This document shows positions 27,741-35,868 of a stretch of 64,000 nt of DNA, in pieces. This DNA is from a virus. The number at the start of each line of letters is the position of its first letter. Position 1 is the first letter of the stretch. A program made the translations under genes and the position numbers. The notes under the pieces are model-generated. The model ran no database searches and had not been told where the DNA came from. It saw nothing but the letters and a program-made list of their open reading frames with translations. Where the stretch lies: IMG/VR virus record IMGVR_UViG_3300017743_000004, positions 4,621-68,620 of that record, one strand, 5' to 3'.

Positions 27741-29369
27741 ATGGCTACATTATTTGAAAGTTGTTCTGCGATTATGTATGCAGGTACTTTTTTAGGAGAT
27801 AATTCCCAAAAAGGTACCTCATTTTCATTTTTACCAACTTCAGGAATTGGGGATTTTGATTATACAGGTTCTACAGGTATTACAGGATCTTCAAGAATTA
27901 ATTCTACTTTAAATTTTCAGGAATTTACTATAAATGCTACCCCTAAAATAGATTATTCTTATACAAATGAAAATTTTGCATTTATAAGTGGGGGTGTTGT
28001 AGCTGATAAAACTATTTCTTCCTCTATTCTTCAAGGTTCATCTACAGGAAATTTAATTTTAGAGGGAGAAACTAATAATCATTTTGTTACCCCTATTACT
28101 TTTACAACAGCAAATGTAAATGTAGCTTCAAGTTCTTTAGATAAATTTATAACTGAAGGAAACTATGATTATAATATAGTAACATTCCAAGAAGATAACA
28201 CACCAGGCGAACAAGCACGTTTAGATTTTCAATTCAACGCATTTTCTGATGATGTAGAAAGAATAGTTAAAATTTCTTATTGTGTAAGTGGAGGTTTTCC
28301 TTTTAATTCAGTTACTGCAGATAAAGCTAGAATCTTAAAAATTCAAGGCCAATCTTTTGATCAGTTTTCAAATTTAGTGGGAACCGGAGAAGATATTCTA
28401 ATTAACCCTTCAGAATATACTAATGCTAAACTTGATCCTGATTCAGCTTCTATATTTGTAAGATCAGGTTTTAATAATTTAGAAGTTACAGATATCGGGG
28501 ATGGTTGGTTAAGACTAGCCCACCTCTCCAGAATGAGTGGATCAGTAGGAACAAATGATGTTTTAAGAGTTAGATATGTTACCCACACAGGCAACCCAGA
28601 TGGAGGCTTAAATGTAGGAAATAATAGCCCTGGTTCTGGTTCTTCAGGGGCACCTAATGGAAGTTTTACTTCAAGTATAGCAACATTCTCAATTGCTAAT
28701 TTACAGTTAGAAGTTATAGAAGATAGTATTACTGGTTCTTTATCTGGTTCAGCTGATTCTGTAAGGAATAGAAATGCCTTAGCATTCATGCCTGCTACCT
28801 CTTATATTCCAACAAGTGCTTCAGCAATTACAAAACCCTCAGAATCACTTGAATTACCATTAACTTCATCTACAATTGATAATTTTCTTACAGATCTAAA
28901 CCAAGGTACAATAATTACAAGATTTGCATGGACACCTTTATCAGGATCAGATGAAGCATCTTCTAATCACTTTGCATTATTAAAAACAGGTTCAGCTCCA
29001 TCCTCAGATTATTTAAGAATAGATGGTAGAGGAATTTATTATAGATCATCATCAGCAATATTCTCCCCATTATCTACTAACCAATCCCAGATCCCTTATT
29101 TAACTCAATCGGGTAGTTTAACACCTACAACATATCACAATTATGCATTTACTTGGAGTGGGTCTGAAATCTCATGTTCTATAGATAGTGGTTCAATTAT
29201 AACCGCTAAAGGACCTTGGACTGGGAGTAGTGGAGAACAATTAGAATATATTACAGGAATAACTAATATTTCACATAATACACAAGTAAGATTACAATAC
29301 ATTATGGTATCCCCTCATAAATTTAGTGCGGATGCTCTTAAAAATTCTACAAATACTACCATAGTTTAA
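27741..29369 (+). CDS. virion surface (head decoration/fibre) protein with carbohydrate-binding/LamG-like domains
   Basis: GDGWLRL, NLQLE, ATSYIPTS and TTYHNYAFTW motifs; S/T/G-rich. Confidence 0.55.
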   Translation: MATLFESCSAIMYAGTFLGDNSQKGTSFSFLPTSGIGDFDYTGSTGITGSSRINSTLNFQEFTINATPKIDYSYTNENFAFISGGVVADKTISSSILQGSSTGNLILEGETNNHFVTPITFTTANVNVASSSLDKFITEGNYDYNIVTFQEDNTPGEQARLDFQFNAFSDDVERIVKISYCVSGGFPFNSVTADKARILKIQGQSFDQFSNLVGTGEDILINPSEYTNAKLDPDSASIFVRSGFNNLEVTDIGDGWLRLAHLSRMSGSVGTNDVLRVRYVTHTGNPDGGLNVGNNSPGSGSSGAPNGSFTSSIATFSIANLQLEVIEDSITGSLSGSADSVRNRNALAFMPATSYIPTSASAITKPSESLELPLTSSTIDNFLTDLNQGTIITRFAWTPLSGSDEASSNHFALLKTGSAPSSDYLRIDGRGIYYRSSSAIFSPLSTNQSQIPYLTQSGSLTPTTYHNYAFTWSGSEISCSIDSGSIITAKGPWTGSSGEQLEYITGITNISHNTQVRLQYIMVSPHKFSADALKNSTNTTIV

Positions 29370-29388
29370 ATTTTCTTAATTTTTCTGA

Positions 29389-29423
29389 AGATGGCACATA
29401 CGTATCACGGTAATGTGCCATCT
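29389..29423 (+). promoter_or_regulatory. 11-bp perfect inverted repeat enclosing a late-promoter variant, upstream of scaffold/capsid operon
   Basis: AGATGGCACAT (29389-29399) / ATGTGCCATCT (29413-29423); ATACGTAT at 29398-29405. Confidence 0.65.
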
Positions 29424-29506
29424 CTATATATGGTACCTAATTAATCGATCTAATATTACGTTTTTTAAATAAACGTATTTTCACAAACAATTTAAATTTT
29501 GGAAAA

Positions 29507-30634
29507 ATGGCTGATAAGCAATTATTAAAAGAGGCCATTGCAGAAGCTAAAACCATTAAAGAAGTTGCTATTGCAAACGCAAAAGCTGCTCTTGAAGAAA
29601 CCTTCTCTCCAGTGCTAAAAGAAAAATTAGCAGCTATGATGGAAGAAGATGAAAAAATGGAAGAGGCTGATACAATGGAAGAAGCTAAAAACGAAATGGA
29701 AGAAGATGAAAAAATGGATGAAACTTATTCCTACCAAGAAGAAGGTATGGATCAGAATGAAAACATGGATGAAGCTTCTTTAGAGGAGTTATTAGCTGAA
29801 CTCGAAGAAGGTGAAGACACGAACGAGGAAGATAAAGTGAACGAGGCTGAATTGGATGAAGCTGAAGGCGATATGGACCTCGAAGAAATGTCTGAAGACG
29901 AATTAAAATCATTCGTCGAAGAAGTTATTGAAGATATGGTTCAAGCTGGTGAATTAGAAGCCGGTGGTGATCCTGTTGAAATGTCTGATGAAGAAGAAGA
30001 AGAGGAAGGTAAAGAGGAAATGGAAATGGATTCTATGGAAGAAGTTAACATTGACGAATTACTTTCAGAAGAAGACGTAAACGAGTTTGATCTTGCAGGC
30101 GCAGAAATGATTGCTCCTGAACTTATCGGTGGCGTCATTGCCGCACTTGGAGCACTTGGATTAGGTGCAGCGATCGATAAAGAGGAACTTAAGAAAATGT
30201 CATCTGACAAGCTTAAGGCTCTTGCTGCAAAACTCGGTGTAGGTAAGAAGAACGAGGAAGTCGAAGAAGGAGACATAGAGGAAATGAAGGAAGAGTTAGA
30301 TGAGTTAAAAGGTGAACTTTCCGAAGTTAACTTACTCAATGCTAAACTTCTTTACACCAACAAGCTCTTCCGTTCTAGAAGCTTAACAGAATCACAAAAA
30401 GTAAAAGTTTTATCAACATTTGATAAAGCTACTTCGGTAAAAGAAGTTAAATTAGTATTTGAGACACTCTCAGACTCATTAACTACTTCCCAGGTTGTAA
30501 AAGAAAATAAAGGTTCCGCATCTAGACCCACAGGTGGGGCTAGTAAAAATCCTCAACCGATCTTAGAATCTAACGATCAGGTTAGGAGATGGCAAAAATT
30601 AGCCGGTATTACTACCGATAAATCCTATACATAA
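29507..30634 (+). CDS. prohead scaffold protein (gp22-like)
   Basis: Very acidic coiled coil between protease and capsid genes; EVNLLNAKLLY; RWQKLAGI tail. Confidence 0.85.
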   Translation: MADKQLLKEAIAEAKTIKEVAIANAKAALEETFSPVLKEKLAAMMEEDEKMEEADTMEEAKNEMEEDEKMDETYSYQEEGMDQNENMDEASLEELLAELEEGEDTNEEDKVNEAELDEAEGDMDLEEMSEDELKSFVEEVIEDMVQAGELEAGGDPVEMSDEEEEEEGKEEMEMDSMEEVNIDELLSEEDVNEFDLAGAEMIAPELIGGVIAALGALGLGAAIDKEELKKMSSDKLKALAAKLGVGKKNEEVEEGDIEEMKEELDELKGELSEVNLLNAKLLYTNKLFRSRSLTESQKVKVLSTFDKATSVKEVKLVFETLSDSLTTSQVVKENKGSASRPTGGASKNPQPILESNDQVRRWQKLAGITTDKSYT

Positions 30635-30636
30635 AA

Positions 30637-32304
30637 ATGGAATTAGTAAACAACTTAGTCAACGAATCCGCAGAGTCGTTTAGAAACATGCAAAGCGACG
30701 CTGCAAGATTAGCTGGTAAGTGGGAAAAGACAGGTTTACTTGAGGGCTTAGATAATGAGCTTGAAAAGAACAACATGTCACTTATCCTCGAAAACCAAGC
30801 TAAGCAATTATTGAACGAAAGTTCATTAACAGGTACTGGTGGTACCTTCGCAGCAGGAACTGGTGAGCAGTATGCCTCTGTAGTCTTACCTATGGTAAGA
30901 AAGATTTTTGGACAGGTAGCTGCCCAAGAATTCGTATCTGTTCAACCAATGAATTTACCTTCAGGTCTGGTATTCTTCTTAGATTTCCAATATGGAACTA
31001 GTAAGACTCCTTTCTCAGCTGGTGATTCGCTTTATGGAAACACTGGTTCCGACCAGTTCCCATTCTCAACTGCTGAATCTAATCTGAATCAAGCAAACAC
31101 TGGTGGATTATATGGTGCAGGTAAGTTCTCTTACTCTACAAATAATCATACTGCTTCTACTGGTATTACTTCTGCCTCAGCAACTTTTGCAGATGTTAAT
31201 TTTGACTCCAGATTATCTTCATCAATTGTAAATGGAGATATTGTTAAATTAACTGTTGGAACTGCTAGAACTACTTTAGCGGATTTAGATAAAGAAGCTG
31301 TAAGAAGCTTTATTATCTCCTCAGGTTCTAATGTTACCTCAGATAATATCCTTCCTGCTTTTACAAAGTATGATGAAGGTGCTAATACTGTAACTTTCTT
31401 TACTACTGGATCGGATATTACAATCCACCAAACTAGTTCATATGTAGTAGAATACAGTAAGCAAACCAAAGATAACGCAAGAGGTGATTTCGAAGCAGGT
31501 GCTGCATTTGCTGTACCTAATGCTCAGTCTGCTGCTAATATCTCAATCCCAGAAATTAATATCGGAATGAGATCATTAGGTATTATTGCTAAGACTAAAA
31601 AGCTGAAGGCAGTATTCACTCCTGAACTCGCTCAGGACTTGAACGCTTACCAAGCTTTAGATGCCGAAGCTGAAGTTACCAACATCATGTCTGAGTACAT
31701 TTCCTTAGAAATTGACTTGGAAATTCTTGATATGTTGATGGCTGATGCTTTAACAACTGAGTTCTGGTCTGCTAAGAACAACAGAGTAATTAATGATGCC
31801 AAGACTGCTTTCGAAGCTGAAGGAACAAACGGATTCTACAACACACAGGGTCAGTGGTTCCAAACATTAGGTACCAAGCTTCAGAAGGTATCTAACAAGA
31901 TCCACCAATTAACTTTAAGAGGTGGTGCCAACTTCATGGTAATCTCTCCAACTGTAGCTACTGTTATTGAGTCAATCCCAGGATTCGCCTCAAACTCTGA
32001 TGGTGATGCTGCTAACATGGAGTACGCGTTTGGTGTACAAAAGGCAGGTACTTTGAACAGCCGCTACACTGTGTACAAGAACCCTTACATGAATGAAAAT
32101 ACCATTCTGATGGGTTACAGAGGTACTCAGTTCTTAGAGGCAGGTGCTGTATTCGCTCCTTATGTACCGTTGATCCAAACTCCATTAGTATACGATCCTG
32201 ACACGTTCGTACCTAGAAAAGGTCTCTTAACACGCTACGCTAAGAAGATGTTAAGACCAGAATTCTACGGTAAGGTCTTCGTGAATGGATTGAACACTCT
32301 CTAA
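30637..32304 (+). CDS. major capsid protein (T4 gp23-like)
   Basis: KW..TGLL, ILENQ, VSVQPMNLPSGLVF, KLKA.FTPELAQDL, EIDLEIL, APYVPL, F.P.KG..TRY. Confidence 0.96.
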   Translation: MELVNNLVNESAESFRNMQSDAARLAGKWEKTGLLEGLDNELEKNNMSLILENQAKQLLNESSLTGTGGTFAAGTGEQYASVVLPMVRKIFGQVAAQEFVSVQPMNLPSGLVFFLDFQYGTSKTPFSAGDSLYGNTGSDQFPFSTAESNLNQANTGGLYGAGKFSYSTNNHTASTGITSASATFADVNFDSRLSSSIVNGDIVKLTVGTARTTLADLDKEAVRSFIISSGSNVTSDNILPAFTKYDEGANTVTFFTTGSDITIHQTSSYVVEYSKQTKDNARGDFEAGAAFAVPNAQSAANISIPEINIGMRSLGIIAKTKKLKAVFTPELAQDLNAYQALDAEAEVTNIMSEYISLEIDLEILDMLMADALTTEFWSAKNNRVINDAKTAFEAEGTNGFYNTQGQWFQTLGTKLQKVSNKIHQLTLRGGANFMVISPTVATVIESIPGFASNSDGDAANMEYAFGVQKAGTLNSRYTVYKNPYMNENTILMGYRGTQFLEAGAVFAPYVPLIQTPLVYDPDTFVPRKGLLTRYAKKMLRPEFYGKVFVNGLNTL

Positions 32305-32327
32305 TAGAGTATTTGATCAGTAAAATC

Positions 32328-32355
32328 AAGAGCCGCTTTTTGCGGCTCTTTTTTT
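32328..32355 (+). terminator. Rho-independent terminator after capsid gene
   Basis: AAGAGCCGC-TTTTT-GCGGCTCTT followed by T-run. Confidence 0.9.
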
Positions 32356-32373
32356 ATCTCCTATAGGTAACTA

Positions 32374-32381
32374 ATATGTAT
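32374..32381 (+). promoter_or_regulatory. late promoter variant ATATGTAT
   Basis: TAATATGTATA just after the terminator; ATG at 32406. Confidence 0.5.
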
Positions 32382-32405
32382 AGGTGAATAAGTAAATGTA
32401 AAAAA

Positions 32406-33317
32406 ATGTTGCAAACACCATCTCAATTAACGGTTCCGAGTTATTTAATGAACTTCCCGTTTTCGCTATCTACAGATCATCCTAATAATGTTTGGATGAA
32501 AGAAATGAGTCCCGAGGACTTACAAATAAACCAATCTAGAGCGTATCGCCAATTTTTAGAATTATATAATTTTTTAGCAGGTGGTTCTTTAGTTTATCTA
32601 TTACCGACTGAAGATAACTTCCAGGATTTAGTTTATACAGCTAATCTAGGAATTTATCTACCTCATTTAAAAGATAATAATATTTTATTATCAAACTTTA
32701 CTTCAATCCCTCGTCAAGGGGAAGAGTTAATTGGAGAAAAGTTTTTACAACAAATGGGTTATAATACTTTTATCACCCCTACAAAATGGGAAGGTGAAGC
32801 CGATTTAAAATATTTGTACGATAATGTTTATATAGGGGGATATGGAATCCGTTCACAAAAAGAAACTTATGAGTGGATGGAAAAAGAATTTGATATGAAC
32901 ATTATTAAGGTTGAAATGGTAGATGAATATTTGTATCATTTGGACTGTAGTATTTTCCCGTTATCTAACGATAAAACTATGGTTTGTACGTCGTTGTATA
33001 ACGATGAGGAAATAGCGCATATAGAACAATATACTGAGATAATCCCCGTATCTGAAGATGATGCAATGGGGGGTATTACAAATTCCGTAAGAATGGGTAA
33101 TACTATTTTATGTGCCTCAAACATTGTAGAGTTAAAACGTACAGATGAGAATTACGATCACGAAAAAAATAAACTTGCTACTTTAGAAAAAATATGTGCC
33201 CATGAGGGAATGGAGCCCGTTATATTTAATTTATCAGAATACATGAAATCAGGAGCAATGCTCTCATGTATGGTTATGCATCTAAATTACGTTGATCAAG
33301 TAAAATCTCTTCTATAA
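32406..33317 (+). CDS. amidinotransferase / guanidino-modifying enzyme, ArgZ-like arginine dihydrolase
   Basis: DLVYTAN, RQGEE, WEGEAD, GYGIRS, YHLDC, SEYMKSGAMLSC (catalytic Asp, His and Cys present). Confidence 0.85.
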   Translation: MLQTPSQLTVPSYLMNFPFSLSTDHPNNVWMKEMSPEDLQINQSRAYRQFLELYNFLAGGSLVYLLPTEDNFQDLVYTANLGIYLPHLKDNNILLSNFTSIPRQGEELIGEKFLQQMGYNTFITPTKWEGEADLKYLYDNVYIGGYGIRSQKETYEWMEKEFDMNIIKVEMVDEYLYHLDCSIFPLSNDKTMVCTSLYNDEEIAHIEQYTEIIPVSEDDAMGGITNSVRMGNTILCASNIVELKRTDENYDHEKNKLATLEKICAHEGMEPVIFNLSEYMKSGAMLSCMVMHLNYVDQVKSLL

Positions 33318-33318
33318 A

Positions 33319-34074
33319 ATGGCAAAAGCTTTACAAGAGTGGTTGGATACAGATGTTAAAAATCTAAAGAAAAAACCAATTAAGGATCTATCAAGTATAT
33401 TCTTCTTTAGAGACCCTATTAGACCACAACTTATAGACCCAGATAGATTCTATTCCCCAGCAGATGGAACTATTCTATACCAAAAAATAGTAGATTATCC
33501 AAACGAACCTATTGTAGAGATTAAGGGAGTAGATTATACATTACAGGATGTTCTACAAGATCCTGACTATAACCAACCAGCATTAGTTATAGGAATTTTT
33601 ATGTCATTTTATGATGTTCATGTAAATAGAATTCCTTATGGAGGTGTTTTAACTTACCAAGCTTTAGATGCAATCGAGAGTTATAATAAACCTATGTTGG
33701 CTGTAGAACATGATATTCTAAGTAGGACGATCAATCCTAACAATATGGGTTATTTAACTAACAACGAGAGAATGTGGAATAAAATATATTCACCTTCCAT
33801 AGATTACACATATTATTTAGTTCAAATTGCGGATGAAGATGTAAATGTGATTTCACATTTTACGAATGATCAAAATGAAATTTTTGCACAAAACGAAAGG
33901 TTTTCTTTTATTAGATGGGGTTCTCAGGTTGATTTAGTTTTACCACTTGATGAAAGGTTTGACTTTCAAACGTTACAAAACGTAACAGACCACGTTGAAG
34001 CTGGAGTAGATCCATTAGTAGAAATTAAACCAACAGAACATGAGCTCAAATCACCATACCGATCCTATTTTTAA
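33319..34074 (+). CDS. phosphatidylserine-decarboxylase-fold pyruvoyl enzyme lacking a membrane anchor
   Basis: FFFRDP.R, SPADG, IFMSFYDVHVNR.P..G, NER, QIA, FIRWG-SQVDL self-cleavage site. Confidence 0.85.
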   Translation: MAKALQEWLDTDVKNLKKKPIKDLSSIFFFRDPIRPQLIDPDRFYSPADGTILYQKIVDYPNEPIVEIKGVDYTLQDVLQDPDYNQPALVIGIFMSFYDVHVNRIPYGGVLTYQALDAIESYNKPMLAVEHDILSRTINPNNMGYLTNNERMWNKIYSPSIDYTYYLVQIADEDVNVISHFTNDQNEIFAQNERFSFIRWGSQVDLVLPLDERFDFQTLQNVTDHVEAGVDPLVEIKPTEHELKSPYRSYF

Positions 34075-34726
34075 CGAGAAAAAAAGACCTAAAAATCCTA
34101 TTAAGTTTAATTTATCTTTAAATAGCGAGCAAAAAGAAGCAAAAAAGCATATTATAGAAAATCCTGTTACAATTCTAAGAGGAGCAGCAGGTTCAGGTAA
34201 AACTTTAGTGGCGTGTCAAGCTGCTTTAGATATGTTATTTACTAAACAGGTCGAAAGAATTATAATTACTCGCCCTACTGTCTCAAAAGAAGAAATAGGA
34301 TTCCTCCCAGGGGATATTAAAGAAAAAATGGATCCCTGGTTAGCACCTGTCCATCAAAATCTATTTAAACTTTATAATAAAGATAAAGTAATGAAAGAAA
34401 TAGATGAAGGTAGGATTGAAATCATCCCATTTGCATTTATGCGAGGTATTACATTTACAGAAAGTTTTGTAATTGTAGATGAAGCCCAAAACGTAACTCA
34501 TAACCAAATGGAAATGGTTATAGGACGTTTAGGAAGAAATTCAAAAATGGTAATTTGTGGTGATGTTTCTCAAATTGATTTACGTTATAAAAAGGAATCA
34601 GGGTTTGCTTTTTTACCAAATATTGAAGCACAAGTTGAAGGCTTTAAGTTAATAACTTTAAGACATAACCATAGACATGATATAGTTCAGCCAATTTTAG
34701 ATATTTATTCTAATTATAGAGATTAA
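34040..34726 (+). CDS. phoH: PhoH family ATPase
   Basis: GAAGSGKT, ITRP, GFLPGD..EKMDPW, FMRG.TF, VDEAQN, GDVSQID, RH.IV. Confidence 0.95.
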   Translation: MSSNHHTDPIFNEKKRPKNPIKFNLSLNSEQKEAKKHIIENPVTILRGAAGSGKTLVACQAALDMLFTKQVERIIITRPTVSKEEIGFLPGDIKEKMDPWLAPVHQNLFKLYNKDKVMKEIDEGRIEIIPFAFMRGITFTESFVIVDEAQNVTHNQMEMVIGRLGRNSKMVICGDVSQIDLRYKKESGFAFLPNIEAQVEGFKLITLRHNHRHDIVQPILDIYSNYRD

Positions 34727-34737
34727 TATTTATCATC

Positions 34738-35025
34738 ATGGCCGAAACAGTTATATTTAAGTGGGATACAGCTAATTTTACTTGGGATAACAATCCATAT
34801 ACATGGGACGAAGTAGAATTAGTAAAAGAGTTAGCAGGAGGAGGAAGTAGTTATCAAGAAATTTTTAAAGATGAAGAAAAAAAGAAAAAATTCATCAAAT
34901 TGTTATGCAAGGTCCAAGGTAAAGAATATAAAGAAACTCACGAAGTAAAAAAGGTTAAAGTAAAAGCAAAAGATGTTAAACTTGTAATTAAAGAAGTTTT
35001 AAACATCGATATAAAAGTAAAATAA
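34738..35025 (+). CDS. hypothetical virion protein with Trp heptad repeat
   Basis: FKWDTANFTWDNNPYTWD; preceded by ATATTTAT at 34726-34733. Confidence 0.6.
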   Translation: MAETVIFKWDTANFTWDNNPYTWDEVELVKELAGGGSSYQEIFKDEEKKKKFIKLLCKVQGKEYKETHEVKKVKVKAKDVKLVIKEVLNIDIKVK

Positions 35026-35286
35026 ATGAACGATATTTTATTAGAAGCATTAGGAGGATTAGGAGCTGTTGTTACTGCCTTTCTTTATACAAAGTGGCAA
35101 ACTAATTTGAACCATAAAGAAATTGAGGAAATCAAGGATAAAATGGAAGAAAATGAAAAAAGTGATGCTGCCCGTGACACTAAAATTGCTATATTAGAGA
35201 CTCAAAGTAGTACTATTGTATCAAGATTAGAAAAAATGGAAGATACCCTTCAAAAAATATTTGAAAAAATCAATAATATAAGATAA
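35026..35286 (+). CDS. small TM + coiled-coil protein (possible lysis accessory/holin)
   Basis: Hydrophobic aa 4-21 followed by heptad coiled coil. Confidence 0.5.
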   Translation: MNDILLEALGGLGAVVTAFLYTKWQTNLNHKEIEEIKDKMEENEKSDAARDTKIAILETQSSTIVSRLEKMEDTLQKIFEKINNIR

Positions 35287-35288
35287 TT

Positions 35289-35855
35289 ATGTATACACTT
35301 TTTACAGATAAAACAGAGGTATTTGAATGTGATTTACAATTAGAGGGAGCTTCTCTTAAAAAATCCTTCGCTCGACTCCTTATTGAATCCCCAGACATTA
35401 GCTTAGTATTTAACGGTGAAATTTCCTCATCTGGGAAATGTAAAATTCCTGTTAAAAAACTAAAGGGGCTATTAGATGAGAATGTAAAAGGTAAAATCAA
35501 ATTAGAGGTAGTAGCAGAAGATACTTATTTTACTCCTTGGAGTGATGATTTTAAAATCGATGCTTCTAAAAAATTAACTGTAGAAGTTAAATCCCAATCC
35601 CCTTCAAAACCTATTTTGGAGGCAAAACCAAAAGTATCTGTAAAAGCTTCTACACCTAAGGTTGCCAAACCAAAAGAAAGAAACCATATTCACATACTAA
35701 CTGAGGCGTTCAAGAAAAAAGATATTACCATTAAAAATATTTTAGAGAACAAAGAGTTAGTAAACAAAGTATTAGATGCGTATATTAAAAAGTTTAAAGT
35801 CGACCCTAAACAAAAAACACCAATTTTAGAAGGTATCGTAAATAAACTTTATTAA
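35289..35855 (+). CDS. hypothetical structural protein
   Basis: Ig-like beta N-terminus (LEVVAEDTYFTPW), P/K linker. Confidence 0.55.
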   Translation: MYTLFTDKTEVFECDLQLEGASLKKSFARLLIESPDISLVFNGEISSSGKCKIPVKKLKGLLDENVKGKIKLEVVAEDTYFTPWSDDFKIDASKKLTVEVKSQSPSKPILEAKPKVSVKASTPKVAKPKERNHIHILTEAFKKKDITIKNILENKELVNKVLDAYIKKFKVDPKQKTPILEGIVNKLY

Positions 35856-35868
35856 AATAGAATAAGTT

